DNA from: an uncultured Alphaproteobacteria bacterium
GTDB taxonomy: Bacteria > Pseudomonadota > Alphaproteobacteria > Rhizobiales > Xanthobacteraceae
Assembly: GCA_963833605.1 (NCBI GenBank)
Contig: CAWHYZ010000003.1
Span: 71,760 to 135,759 of the forward strand
Direction of reading: 5' to 3'
Length of the DNA stretch: 64,000 nt
In this document: positions 1 through 9,900 of the stretch, one piece after another
Layout: each line of letters opens with the position of its first letter
How positions within the stretch are numbered: the stretch's first letter is position 1
Notes under the pieces: model-generated
What the model was told of the DNA's origin: nothing
Databases searched by the model: none
The model's input: the letters and a program-made list of their open reading frames with translations, nothing else
Position numbers and translations under genes: made by a program

Positions 1-940
1 GATGCCAATGTGGCGCTGGGACGGCTCGACCCTGACAATTTCCTCGGCGGCCAGATGAAGCTCGATGGCGCGGCAGCGGCGCGCGGTATCAGGGAGAAGA
101 TCGCAGCGCCGCTGAAGATGGAATTGACTGCGGCAGCCCAGGCGATCCTCGACATTTCGATCTCCACCATGTCGCTAGCCGTGCGCGAAGTGTCGGTCAA
201 AAAAGGCTTTGACCCGCGTGATTTCGTGCTGGTGGCGGCAGGCGGTGCCGGTCCGCTGCACATCGCGGCAGTCGCGCGCGAGCTACACGTGCCCAAGGTG
301 ATCGTGCCTTTGTTCCCGTCGCACTTTTCTGCGCTCGGCATGCTGCTTGCAGACGAGCGGCACGATTTCATCCGCACCTGTTACGGCGACTTGGCAGGCA
401 TCGATTTCGCCGCGCTTGTACGGACTCACGCTGAGATGGTGCGCGAGGCGATGAGCGGGCTACGCCACAAGGACAACGCCGAACAGCAAATCCACCTCGA
501 CCTGCGTTACGTCGGCCAGGAATTCACCCTGCAGGTGCCGGTCACCATAGATCAACTCAAGGCCGCCAACTGGCGCAGCATCCGCCAGGCGTTCGACGTC
601 ATGTATGAGCATCGCTACGCCCACCATTCCCCGGAGGAGCCGGTAGAGATGGTCAACATCCGGCTCGCGGTCATCGGCAAGCGCCCGCGCTTGCAATTTC
701 CAACGCTTGCGCAGCGCCGAACCGCCGCGCCGGCGCGCCAACGCGAAGTTTATCTCTCCGATCCGTCGAAGCAGTATCGCTTGTCCGGTCTATGACCGCG
801 CGGCGCTCGGTGCCGGCGAACGCATTGCTGGGCCGGCCCTGATCCAGGAGCATGGCACCACGACGGTGCTGTTCGAGCACGATAACTGTGAGGTAGCGCC
901 GTCAGGCGAGCTGGTAATTTCGGTCGGGGACGCAGCATGA
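1..940 (+). pseudogene. hyuA: N-methylhydantoinase A / oxoprolinase-type subunit (HyuA family). The 5' end is cut by the window edge and the reading frame breaks near 775-785.
   Basis: Frame-1 ORF 10..795 carries hydantoinase_A-like motifs (VAAGGAGPLH, FPSHFSALGM). The family C-terminus (CPVYDRAALGAGERIAGPALIQEHGTTTVLF) continues in frame 2 (ORF 707..940). Its stop overlaps the hyuB start (ATGA at 937-940). Confidence 0.8.
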
Positions 941-2682
941 CCAAACAACTCGATCCCGTCACCCTCGAAGTGATCCGCAACGCGCTACCGGCGATCGCCA
1001 ACGAGATGGCGGCTGATCTGCAGCGCACGTCCTACAACATGATGATCTACGAGGTACGGGACTATTGCACTGCTTTGCTCAACCCGAAAGGTGAGCTCAT
1101 TTCGCAGAATGTCGGCGGCGTGTCGCACTTCGTCGCCGATCTTGGCGTGATCATCGTCGATGGCATGCAGCGCTATGGCGAAAAGGGGTTCCGGGCAGGG
1201 GACGTGATCATCACCAACCACCAGGCGGTCGCCGGTCAACACCTCAACAACATCGTCATCTATACGCCATACTTCTACAAAGGCGAGCTTCTGATGTTCG
1301 CAATGGTCCGGGCGCATTGGATCGACGTTGGCGGCACATCCACCGGCTTCGGCGCCGGCGCCACCGTCGCCGATCCCTGGCTCGAAGGGCTGCAGCTCGA
1401 CCAGCTGAAAATCTATCGCGAGGGCGAACTCGACGAGACGCTCTATCGCGTCATTAAGGACAACATCCGCTTCCCGGAATCCTCACTCGGCGATCTGAAA
1501 TCGCAGATGGCCGCCTGCCGCCTCGCGGCGCGCCGAACCGACGAGCTGTTCGACAAATACGGTCGTGACACCATCCTGACGGCGATCGATACCATTTTCG
1601 ATGAGACCGAACGCAAGTGCCGCAACGTCGTCGCAAAGCTTCCCGACGGCGTCTACGAGGCGGACGCCGCCATGGACAATGACGGGGTCAAGCGCGACGA
1701 ACCGGTGCCGATCCATGCGAAGATCACAATCTCTGGCAGTGACATGACGATCGATCTGTCGAAATGCTCGCAAGAGCGCAAGGCCGGTATCAACTCGCGC
1801 ACCTATGCGGGCGCGCGCGTCGCCTACAAGGCGCTGACCGGGCCGCTCGAGCCGGTCAACGAGGGCTCGTTCCGCGCCCTCAAGGTCGTGATTCCCGAGG
1901 GCAACATCATGATGGCGCGCTTTCCGGCGCCGATGGCGGGCTGGAGCACGATCGTGCCGACGGTGGTCGATACAATCGTGCGCGCGCTCGCGCCCGCCAT
2001 GCCGGACCGGGTCCCGGCCGGCCACCACGGATTGCTCGGTGGCACCGTCGTATTCTTCGGTGTGCACCCGAAGACCAACCGCCGCTTCGTCATCCAAAGC
2101 ATCGAGGGCGGCGGTTGGGGCGGGCGGCCGCACGAGGACGGCGAGTCTGCCTCGGTGTCGGTCTGCCAAGGCGACGTGCGCAACGGGCCGATCGAGTCGA
2201 TCGAGCTCAAGTGTCCGGTCCTGATCGAGGCGCGTGAACTGCGCCGCGACTCCGCCGGCCCAGGCAAATATCGCGGCGGCGTTGGCCTCGACGTGCGCGT
2301 GCGTAATCTGGTCGAGGGTCAGTGGAATTTCGAGCAGACGCGACGCTCGCAGTGTCCGCCCTGGGGCCTGTGGGGTGGCAAGCCCGGCGAATACAGCGAG
2401 TATCTGCTGCGCCAGCCGGGCGAGAATGATTTTGCCATCGGCTACGGCAATCGCCGCACCGTGCCGGTCAACTCCGAGGTGATCGTGCGCACCGGCGGCG
2501 GCGGCGGCTGGGGCGATCCGCTCGAGCGCGCACCGGAGGCGGTGCGTGCCGACGTGATTGCCGAGCTGGTCTCGATCGAGGCGGCACGCAATCAATATGG
2601 CGTCGTGATCCGCACAGACTTGTCGCTGGATGCGCCAACCACGACGCAGCTGCGCGAAGAGATGCGGGCGAGAAAGGTTTAG
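937..2682 (+). CDS. hyuB: N-methylhydantoinase B / hydantoinase B-oxoprolinase family protein
   Basis: 581-aa ORF of typical HyuB length with a typical N-terminus (DPVTLEVIRNAL..IANEM). It is translationally coupled to hyuA. Confidence 0.9.
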   Translation: MTKQLDPVTLEVIRNALPAIANEMAADLQRTSYNMMIYEVRDYCTALLNPKGELISQNVGGVSHFVADLGVIIVDGMQRYGEKGFRAGDVIITNHQAVAGQHLNNIVIYTPYFYKGELLMFAMVRAHWIDVGGTSTGFGAGATVADPWLEGLQLDQLKIYREGELDETLYRVIKDNIRFPESSLGDLKSQMAACRLAARRTDELFDKYGRDTILTAIDTIFDETERKCRNVVAKLPDGVYEADAAMDNDGVKRDEPVPIHAKITISGSDMTIDLSKCSQERKAGINSRTYAGARVAYKALTGPLEPVNEGSFRALKVVIPEGNIMMARFPAPMAGWSTIVPTVVDTIVRALAPAMPDRVPAGHHGLLGGTVVFFGVHPKTNRRFVIQSIEGGGWGGRPHEDGESASVSVCQGDVRNGPIESIELKCPVLIEARELRRDSAGPGKYRGGVGLDVRVRNLVEGQWNFEQTRRSQCPPWGLWGGKPGEYSEYLLRQPGENDFAIGYGNRRTVPVNSEVIVRTGGGGGWGDPLERAPEAVRADVIAELVSIEAARNQYGVVIRTDLSLDAPTTTQLREEMRARKV

Positions 2683-2694
2683 CGACCGGCCGGC

Positions 2695-4122
2695 ATGACA
2701 TCGATCGATCAACTCGGCGCCTACGTCTCCCAGGGAATCCGCGGCAGCATCTCCGAACCACTGCGTGCCGCGCTCGTCCTTCGCGTCATCGACACCGTCA
2801 CCGCGTGGGTGGCGACGGCGGGCACGACAGAAGCCCGCACGCTTCGCCAATTTCAACGCGACGCTTTGCAAAATTTTTTCGATCCGACGCTCGATATCCT
2901 GATCCACTGCGCGCTTACGCGCTTGAGCGAGACCGACGACATCCATTTGGCTTCGATGATCACGCCGGGCGCGATTGTCATTCCAGGCGCGCTCACCATT
3001 GCGGCAACCTTGCCGCCCAATCCGGCCGCACTGCAGGAAGCGATCGTTGCCGGCTACGAAGTCATGATCCGGCTCGGCCTCGCGCTCGATGGCCCGACCA
3101 TCCTGTATCGCGGCATCTGGCCGAGCTTGATCGCAGCGCCAGTCGGCATCGCGGCGGTTGCTGCGCGCCTCCTCGATCTGTCTGCCAGCGAGGCCGCCCA
3201 CGCATTAGCGCAGGCACTGACTTTGGCGGCGCCCGGCGTCGGACATCACAATGCGCCGACAGGATCGCGCTGGTTCGCGATTGGCCATGCGGCGCGAAAC
3301 GGCGTTTTGGCGGCGCGGGCCGCTCGCGCCGGTTTTACTTCAGATCTCGGTATTCTCGAAGGCAGCTATTTCAACACCGTCTACGGCATCACGCCCAAGA
3401 TCACCGTGCTGACCGAAAATCTTGGCGCGCCCGCCAAACTCACGGACGTTTCGTTCAAGCCCTGGTGCGCGGCGCGCCAGACCATGGCGGCAACCCAGGC
3501 TTTCCGCGAACTCCTCAACAGCGGCGTTGCGTCCGACGATGTCACGGCGATCGACGTTTCGGTGCCGCCGCCGTTCCTGAAGATGGTCGACCACGGGATC
3601 GTCGGTGGCCGGACTGCCCGTCTTACTAGCCAGCCGTTTCAGCTTGCGCTCGCCGCACTGGTGCCGGACCTCCAATTCGACGTGGCGCAAGCGGCCGACG
3701 CGCCGACCGATGTTCTGCGATTCATGAACAAGGTCACGGTGCGCGCCGACGAGAATTTGTTGGATGGATTCCCGCGTCGCTGGCCCGCGCGTGTGCGCGT
3801 TCGCACCCCACAAACCGAACGCGAGCGATTGATCGCGCACATTCCTGGTGATCCGGAGCGGCTACCTGATAGGATCGATATCGTTACCAAATCACGCCGC
3901 CTGGTCGGGCGGATTGCTGAAGATATTGTTGATCAATGCGACGCTTTGTTCGACACGCGAACGACGCCCGCACAATTGGTCGCATTCATCAATCAATCAT
4001 GTGGGTACACGCTTAGCTCTTCGTGGCCAGAGTGTTTGGACCCATCTCGATCAGAAGGTGCACGCCTCCTTGGGCGTGACGCGTGGAACACGCCTGCACG
4101 CGATGACGCGCGTAGGCTCTGA
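2695..4122 (+). CDS. MmgE/PrpD (2-methylcitrate dehydratase) family protein
   Basis: 475-aa ORF, 13 nt after hyuB. Overall composition and length fit the MmgE/PrpD family. The last ~40 aa run into lower-GC sequence, so the C-terminus is less certain. Confidence 0.7.
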   Translation: MTSIDQLGAYVSQGIRGSISEPLRAALVLRVIDTVTAWVATAGTTEARTLRQFQRDALQNFFDPTLDILIHCALTRLSETDDIHLASMITPGAIVIPGALTIAATLPPNPAALQEAIVAGYEVMIRLGLALDGPTILYRGIWPSLIAAPVGIAAVAARLLDLSASEAAHALAQALTLAAPGVGHHNAPTGSRWFAIGHAARNGVLAARAARAGFTSDLGILEGSYFNTVYGITPKITVLTENLGAPAKLTDVSFKPWCAARQTMAATQAFRELLNSGVASDDVTAIDVSVPPPFLKMVDHGIVGGRTARLTSQPFQLALAALVPDLQFDVAQAADAPTDVLRFMNKVTVRADENLLDGFPRRWPARVRVRTPQTERERLIAHIPGDPERLPDRIDIVTKSRRLVGRIAEDIVDQCDALFDTRTTPAQLVAFINQSCGYTLSSSWPECLDPSRSEGARLLGRDAWNTPARDDARRL

Positions 4123-4235
4123 CGTCGACGGTATCGGGGTCCAGCCAAATTTTGTGAAGCGCGTCACTGGGCGCGCTCCGAAAAAAGCGTATCGTCCAAC
4201 TCGCAAACGTCGCGCTCCATGTTCAGTCATAGGGG

Positions 4236-4736
4236 ATGCACATGCCCAATCCAGGACAACCCACCATCTCTCCCGGTGCAACCGGTGACGCGGTCCGACG
4301 GCTGCAGCGGGCGCTGCGGCGCACGCCCGATCTTGACCTTGTTGTTGACGGTAATTTCGGCCCGAAGACCGAGCAGGCTGTGAAGGATTTCCAGCAAGGC
4401 GCCGGCCTCGTTGCGGATGGCGTGGTTGGCCCACTGACCTGGGCGGCGTTGCCGGACGGGGGTCCGATGCCGACCCTGCAGCAAGGCGCGAGTGGCAGTG
4501 TCGTGAAGAGCCTGCAGCAGGTGCTCGCTGTTGGCGCGCCCGGCGCGTGGAACACGGGTCCGGGCGCGATCGACGGTAATTTCGGCCCGGCCACCAAAGC
4601 GTCGGTCAAGGCGTTTCAGACTTGGGGCAGCGTGCCGGCGGATGGTGTCGTCGGGGATCAGACTTGGTCGGTGTCGCTGCATGCGGCAAGCGCGACACTG
4701 GAGACCAGGGTCGGATTGCAATTTGTTGTGGGTTAG
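4236..4736 (+). CDS. Protein made of two peptidoglycan-binding (PG_binding_1) repeats
   Basis: Two copies of G..G..V..LQ..L......DG.FGP.T..AVK.FQ...GL.ADGVVG..TW. No catalytic domain or obvious signal peptide seen. Confidence 0.75.
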   Translation: MHMPNPGQPTISPGATGDAVRRLQRALRRTPDLDLVVDGNFGPKTEQAVKDFQQGAGLVADGVVGPLTWAALPDGGPMPTLQQGASGSVVKSLQQVLAVGAPGAWNTGPGAIDGNFGPATKASVKAFQTWGSVPADGVVGDQTWSVSLHAASATLETRVGLQFVVG

Positions 4737-4842
4737 TAGTCGACGCCCACGGCTGCGGTCATGGCCGGGATCCTGTCCCGGCCCTCCACGTTGTTTTGCT
4801 GATCCGGCACGCGATCGACGCGCCGATCCGCGGAGACCCGCT

Positions 4843-5139
4843 CTAAGTCTTCGGTCCCGCGCCCGGATCGCTGATCAGGTGTGCCGCCACCAGCCGGTGC
4901 CAGATGAACAAAACCACTACCGCCCCGATAATGGCAGCGATGAAGCCAGCACCTTGATCGGGATGGTACCAGCCGATCGCCTGTCCTATCCAGGTGGCAA
5001 GGAACGCCCCTACGATGCCGAGCACAGTGGTGAGGATGAAACCTTGTGGGTTATTGGGACCAGGCGCCAGCCAGCGCGCCACCAGGCCTGCCACGAAACC
5101 CACGATGATGATCCAGATGATGCTCCACATGATTGTCAC
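4843..5139 (-). CDS. GlsB/YeaQ/YmgE family (transglycosylase-associated) stress membrane protein
   Basis: 98 aa with three hydrophobic Gly-rich helices (IIVGFVAGLVARWL, TTVLGIVGAFLATWIG, AIIGAVVVLFIW). Confidence 0.85.
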   Translation of the reverse strand: MTIMWSIIWIIIVGFVAGLVARWLAPGPNNPQGFILTTVLGIVGAFLATWIGQAIGWYHPDQGAGFIAAIIGAVVVLFIWHRLVAAHLISDPGAGPKT

Positions 5140-5144
5140 TCGCT

Positions 5145-5720
5145 TTAAACCCAGCGTGAAGCTTCGGCCTCAGTCGGCATCCGCCCCTGTGGGGTGAGCT
5201 GGTCGACGAGCTCTGGCAGCTGATCGCTCAAGCCCGCCAACAGATCGCCTTTGGAAAGCCCGGCGTGCTGGGCAAGCGTGTTCACCTGTTCAGAGCCGAG
5301 CGCTTTCTCGAGATCGGAAGGTGAGATCTGTTTGTTTGGTCCGGTCCCGACCCATGAGCTCGCCACGTCGCCATGGCCGTTTTGCTCGAGCTGTTTGAGG
5401 AGGTCGCCGAGCCCGCCGCTGAGCACGCTGCCAGCGGCGCCACCGGCCAGCAACCCGCCCAGGCCACCCTTGAGCACATCCGCAAGGCTGCCGCCTGGAC
5501 CTGCACCAAGGTTGCCGCCGGGAGGGGAGATCGGGCCGGCTGTCCGGCCACCGGCGGGCGTTGCCTGCTGGCCGCCGCCGAGATGCTTAAGCGCCTTGTA
5601 GGCCAGTAGCCCGATCAGGGCCATCGTGAGTGGCGACATGCCGCCGCTGCCCCCACTCGGGGCCTGGCGTTGTCCGCGTGGCCCATTCTGCATGCCGTTG
5701 AGAACGTCCATCAAACCCAT
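5145..5720 (-). CDS. YidB / DUF937 family protein
   Basis: Gly-rich middle region. C-terminal motif SWVGTGPNKQISPSDLEKALGSEQV..LAQHAGLSKGDLLAGLSDQLPELVDQLTP is typical of YidB. Confidence 0.8.
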   Translation of the reverse strand: MGLMDVLNGMQNGPRGQRQAPSGGSGGMSPLTMALIGLLAYKALKHLGGGQQATPAGGRTAGPISPPGGNLGAGPGGSLADVLKGGLGGLLAGGAAGSVLSGGLGDLLKQLEQNGHGDVASSWVGTGPNKQISPSDLEKALGSEQVNTLAQHAGLSKGDLLAGLSDQLPELVDQLTPQGRMPTEAEASRWV

Positions 5721-5907
5721 TGTCGCCTCCTGTCTGCGTCGCCTCCATATGGCTTGAACCAGATACTCATTTTATGGGCGCGATATGACACTCACAAGGC
5801 ATTGTATCGTGGCCCCGCTCTAAAAGGATACCGCACGCGGGCATGACGTGAGAGAGTTGGTAGCTTAGTCCTTCCTGCACGAGCCGCGCACCCATAGGAG
5901 TCCGCAC

Positions 5908-6345
5908 ATGCAGTCCGGTTTGTTTGCGTTCGCAGCGGCATGCGCGTTTGTCGGCGTGGCGCTTTACATCAACATCGTCGAACAACCTGCCCGGATGACA
6001 CTCGCTCCTCGCGCGATGATGCGCGAATGGACGCCGAGCAATCGCCGCGGCTTTATCCTGTTGTCCGCGCTTGCGGTCATATCGACGATCCTCGCCTTTG
6101 CGGACTACGCGCGCACGGGTGATATCCGTTGGACAATCGGTGGAGCCATCATGCTGGCGAGTTGGCCCTACGCCTACTACGTGATCGTGCCGGTGAACGT
6201 CTGGCTCAACGCGCTCCAGCCAGGCGCGCCGGCCACGGCCCTGCGCGAGCTGATGCGCGATTGGGGTCTGCTGGAATGGGGTCTCACCGCTATCGGACTG
6301 TGGGCCTGCGGCGTCTTCGCTTGGGCTTTGATCAGGCCAGCCTGA
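5908..6345 (+). CDS. DUF1772 (anthrone-oxygenase-like) membrane protein
   Basis: 145 aa with four predicted TM helices and the N-terminal motif YINIVEQPAR. Confidence 0.65.
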   Translation: MQSGLFAFAAACAFVGVALYINIVEQPARMTLAPRAMMREWTPSNRRGFILLSALAVISTILAFADYARTGDIRWTIGGAIMLASWPYAYYVIVPVNVWLNALQPGAPATALRELMRDWGLLEWGLTAIGLWACGVFAWALIRPA

Positions 6346-6462
6346 AGTTGTTGGCTCCCAGCCTCGTCTTGAGTGAATGCAGTTGAATTGCGATTGTGGG
6401 TCGGGTTGACATCCTTCGGCCCTCGACCGTTGCTTAAATGCCTAAATATCGAGCTGATCCCC

Positions 6463-6927
6463 GTGTCGATCATCACCAGCGCCGCAACCAGCACGAAACC
6501 TTCGCTCACCATCCGGCGCCGGTTCAACGCGCCGCGGACGAATGTCTACGCCGCCTGGACCGATCCGGAGCAAATGCAGCGCTGGTTCGGACCTGCCGGG
6601 GCGCGCACCTTGGAAGCGCAGGCGGACGTTCGCGTCGGCGGACGTTTCCGCGTCATATTCCGTACCCCAGACGGTGAGGACCACGAAGTGACCGGTGTCT
6701 ATCGTGAAGTCATGGCCGACACCAGGCTCGTTTTCACCTGGGCGTGGCGTTCCACTGCGGAGCGAGAATCGCTCGTTACGGTGGTGCTTGCAAGCGACGG
6801 CGAAGGGACCGTGATGACCTTCAACCATGAACAATTCTTCGACCAAGCCAGCCGCGACGCGCCCAACACCGGCTGGCTGGGAGCCTTCGACAAGCTGGAG
6901 AAATTTGTTGCGTCGCAAGGTGGCTGA
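6463..6927 (+). CDS. SRPBCC / AHSA1 (activator of Hsp90 ATPase homolog 1-like) family protein
   Basis: Motifs R.F.APR..V..AWTDPE....WFGP, GG.FR and TFNHE. I prefer the in-frame GTG at 6463 over the ORF-track start at 6373, but the start is uncertain. Confidence 0.75.
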   Translation: MSIITSAATSTKPSLTIRRRFNAPRTNVYAAWTDPEQMQRWFGPAGARTLEAQADVRVGGRFRVIFRTPDGEDHEVTGVYREVMADTRLVFTWAWRSTAERESLVTVVLASDGEGTVMTFNHEQFFDQASRDAPNTGWLGAFDKLEKFVASQGG

Positions 6928-6949
6928 GCGCCCGGTTAGGTACCATGTG

Positions 6950-7876
6950 TTATGTCACCGTCGCCCGCATCAGGCGCTCAAGTCCCTGCGCCGTTGACAC
7001 TTCCGGCACCCAGCCGAGGCGCGTAAGCGCCTGCGGGTCAGCGACCAGCGACCCGGTCAGATAGGACCAGCTTGCGGCGTGTCCGGAGACTTCGAGTGCC
7101 GCTCGCAGCAGGGACGCGGGTACCGCGATGAGGCCTGGACGGCGCCCGAGGCCGCGTCGCATCGCGGCGATCATCTGCGACAGCGTCAACGGTTGGGGGT
7201 CGGCCACGATGAGCGGGCGTCGCAGCACCGAGGAAGCTCCCAACACCTGCGCGACCGCTCCGGCCAGATTGTCGAGTGCCAACAGTGAGCGCCGCGCCGT
7301 CAGTCCGCCAAGGGGCAGCGGATAGGGCGAACGCGCAAGCCGTGCGAGCTGCACCAAATTACCGGTCATACCCGGGCCGTAGACGGTGACCAAGCGCAGC
7401 GCGACCCAATCAAGATCAAGTTCCGCGAGACCGCGTTCAGCCGCGAGCTTTGAACGCCCATAGGCGTCAGTCGGCTGTGGCGGCATCGCTTCGGTCAGAA
7501 CGTCGGTCGCAGTCGCACCCGACTGGGCACGCACGGAAGACAGGAAAATAAACCGCCGCACACCGGCGCGTTGCGCCGCCCGCGCTAGCCCGATGGTCGC
7601 TTCGGTGCCGAGCAGGCGGTGGTCATCTTCCGGCAGTCCCGACATCGCGTGCGACGGACCAGCGGTATGGATCACCGCGTCAACGTCGGCCAGCGCCGCC
7701 GACATATTCTGCGGCCGCATCAGGTCGCCGACCACGGCGCTCGCGCAATCGAGCGCCACGGCTGTCGGACGGCGAAGCAGAACGCGCAACCGGAAGCCGC
7801 GCTTGCCAAGCTCGCGCAACAGGTGTTGCCCAATGAAGCCAGTGCCGCCGGTGAGCGCGATGAGCGGCTTGTTCAT
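6950..7876 (-). CDS. NAD-dependent epimerase/dehydratase family protein
   Basis: N-terminal Rossmann motif LTGGTGFIGQHL, YGRSK active-site motif, 308 aa. Confidence 0.85.
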   Translation of the reverse strand: MNKPLIALTGGTGFIGQHLLRELGKRGFRLRVLLRRPTAVALDCASAVVGDLMRPQNMSAALADVDAVIHTAGPSHAMSGLPEDDHRLLGTEATIGLARAAQRAGVRRFIFLSSVRAQSGATATDVLTEAMPPQPTDAYGRSKLAAERGLAELDLDWVALRLVTVYGPGMTGNLVQLARLARSPYPLPLGGLTARRSLLALDNLAGAVAQVLGASSVLRRPLIVADPQPLTLSQMIAAMRRGLGRRPGLIAVPASLLRAALEVSGHAASWSYLTGSLVADPQALTRLGWVPEVSTAQGLERLMRATVT

Positions 7877-7984
7877 GTGACGTAAAGCCCAACAGTGGTA
7901 GCAGTAGCCATGTTACCACGTCTGCCGGCCCTCTGACCTTGGCCTGCAACTGTGCGCCGATGTCGGAGTTAAATAGGTACCCGC

Positions 7985-8617
7985 ATGCTCAATCCTGATC
8001 AAACGCACCCGCCGCCAAATCACACCGCCGGCGTGCACACCTCCGCGGTGTTGCGTTCGTTGATCGACGAGGCGCCGCCGACCGAGTTCACGCTGCGCTG
8101 GCTGATCGGCAACCTCCCGCATCGCTCGTTCGGTGCCATGATGTTGTTGTTGGCGATCGTTGCCATGGTCCCGGTGATCTCGATCGCGGCTGGCCTGCTT
8201 ATCGCCGTGCTGGCAGTACAGATCATCCTCGGTTACCGTACCCCGAGGTTTCCAAGCCGCCTGATGAACCATCCGCTGCCTTCGCGCTATCTTCGGGCGC
8301 TCGAGCAGCACGCTATTCCGTTGCTCGACAAGATCGAGACCGTGGTACGCCCGCGCTGGCCTGCGCTCGTGCAAGGCACGTTGCGTCTGGTGGGCATCGT
8401 TGTATTATTGCTGACCGTTATTCTGCTGACCTTTCCGCTGCCGCTGTCCAACATCCCACCGGCAGCTGTCATCGCGCTGATCGCGCTCGGCTACGCGGAG
8501 CAGGACGGGTTGCTTCTGTCAGTCGCGTTGGCCTTGGCGGTCGTGCTGCTGGGGCTCGTGTTCGCAGCCGTGTTGGGATTGATCGACGGCGCAGAGTGGG
8601 TCCTGCGCTTCCTGTGA
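7985..8617 (+). CDS. exoD: Exopolysaccharide biosynthesis protein, ExoD family
   Basis: 210 aa with an ExoD-like architecture (RSFGAMMLLLAIVAMVP, multiple TM helices). Confidence 0.7.
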   Translation: MLNPDQTHPPPNHTAGVHTSAVLRSLIDEAPPTEFTLRWLIGNLPHRSFGAMMLLLAIVAMVPVISIAAGLLIAVLAVQIILGYRTPRFPSRLMNHPLPSRYLRALEQHAIPLLDKIETVVRPRWPALVQGTLRLVGIVVLLLTVILLTFPLPLSNIPPAAVIALIALGYAEQDGLLLSVALALAVVLLGLVFAAVLGLIDGAEWVLRFL

Positions 8618-8629
8618 TCGGTCGCCCCA

Positions 8630-9775
8630 TCAAAATGCCGCCGCCAGATCCCTTGCTCCCTGCTGGGTGACGCCGCGGTTCATTCTGGCATTGGTCGCGG
8701 CCAACAACTTGGCGACGGTATTGTTGCGAATTGCGACCGGATTGCGCTCATAGCCGTTGCGCAAAAAGAAGTTCGAAGTCGGTATCTGCTCGCGCATTTC
8801 GCTCGGGATGCTGATCATGTCGAACCCATTGCCATCGCCGGTCAGGTTCATCATTTCAAGCTCGGCCGCAGTCAGGTGCGCCGCATGGCCCTTGCGACGG
8901 GCAAAGATGATCGAGTCGAGCAGCTTTTGAGCCTGCAGCAGCGGTCCGACATCGACATCCAGGTTCATTGCGTGCACGGCGAGGCCTTTCGGCGTATTGG
9001 CGAGCCTCTCATGCTCTTTCCATTGGTCCGGTACGCTCCGGCAGAAGGCCGTCATCTGTCGCACGACATCGATCTTCCTGGCGAAGGCGACCTTGGCTGC
9101 GCCGGTGAGCGTGGCGGATTTGCTCCGCAGCCGCTCCAGAAATCGTTCGCCTTGCTCGGCCATGATTTCAACGCTGTTGGTGTTGAGCAGCTGATTGTAC
9201 CCAAGCGCGGTCGATATCGCCCGCGCCCCCGGTGTGTCGTGCTCGAGCCCGGCCTGAGTGTCGTATTTGCCATTGCCCCCGACCTCGAACACATAGATGC
9301 GTACCACCTGCTCGCTGGTCAGCCCAGCTGCGCCGGCGACTTTGGCGTAAGCCCTTTTGAAATCGTTTTCGTTCGCGGGTCTGGTCGGTACAAACTGGTA
9401 TTGCTCGCGCGCGTGACGCAGAAAATCCGCGATCACCGGCAGCGCCGGCCGTGGTGGGACCGGCTCCTCCGGCGTCGGAGGGATCGGTCGCGGCGGGCCG
9501 CTGTAGACCGGAGGTTGGACCAACACATAGTCCTCCGCGACGATCGCCTCCCCATTGCGGCGCTTGGCATTGCGCAACTGGCGCTTCTGCCGGACCGAGT
9601 CCCAGTATGTTGTGGCAGTCTCGTCGAAAGCCTGGCGCGCTGCCTGATAGTCCGCAAGTTTGCGCTGGTACTCGGACGTAGTGTCGGCCGGCGGCTCCAA
9701 GGCGCTTGTCGGGGCCGCGTTCAACAGCGCGGCCGCCACCAGCAAGGGCACAGCCATGCGGATATGTCTTGCCAT
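8630..9775 (-). CDS. Secreted hypothetical protein: signal peptide, Pro-rich linker, then a C-terminal domain that may have a lysozyme/transglycosylase-like fold
   Basis: Signal peptide MAVPLLVAAALLNAAPTSA. The FEVGGNG...STALGYNQLL stretch is reminiscent of the SLT E-S...GLMQ motifs, but the similarity is weak. Confidence 0.6.
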   Translation of the reverse strand: MARHIRMAVPLLVAAALLNAAPTSALEPPADTTSEYQRKLADYQAARQAFDETATTYWDSVRQKRQLRNAKRRNGEAIVAEDYVLVQPPVYSGPPRPIPPTPEEPVPPRPALPVIADFLRHAREQYQFVPTRPANENDFKRAYAKVAGAAGLTSEQVVRIYVFEVGGNGKYDTQAGLEHDTPGARAISTALGYNQLLNTNSVEIMAEQGERFLERLRSKSATLTGAAKVAFARKIDVVRQMTAFCRSVPDQWKEHERLANTPKGLAVHAMNLDVDVGPLLQAQKLLDSIIFARRKGHAAHLTAAELEMMNLTGDGNGFDMISIPSEMREQIPTSNFFLRNGYERNPVAIRNNTVAKLLAATNARMNRGVTQQGARDLAAAF

Positions 9776-9900
9776 GGGGTCTCTTTTCCCCGCGAATCAG
9801 GATGCTCGACGACCTACTGTGGCACAGGCGGCGAAAGTGGAGTGTCGCGATCGAGCCGGCGGTGTAGATTTGTTCGCCTGATCCTCGTTCCCGGATTCCC

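Noticed and set aside
1483-3201. A 572-aa ORF antisense to hyuB and the PrpD-like gene. Similar long antisense ORFs occur at 9814..10980, 12882..13955, 14712..15902, 22420..23400, 29530..30867, 39621..40730, 44283..45188, 45293..46285, 50100..50957, 51048..51941, 53905..55488 and 57487..58668.
   Set aside because: Their translations are Arg/Ala/Gly/His-rich and low in complexity, with no motifs. Each lies opposite a gene with clear family signatures. This is the typical stop-codon-poor antisense frame of high-GC DNA.
4236-4736. The PG-binding-repeat protein as a novel cytoplasmic effector, because no signal peptide was seen
   Set aside because: The start codon choice is uncertain and Tat or Sec signals cannot be excluded by eye. 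The evidence is insufficient for a finding.
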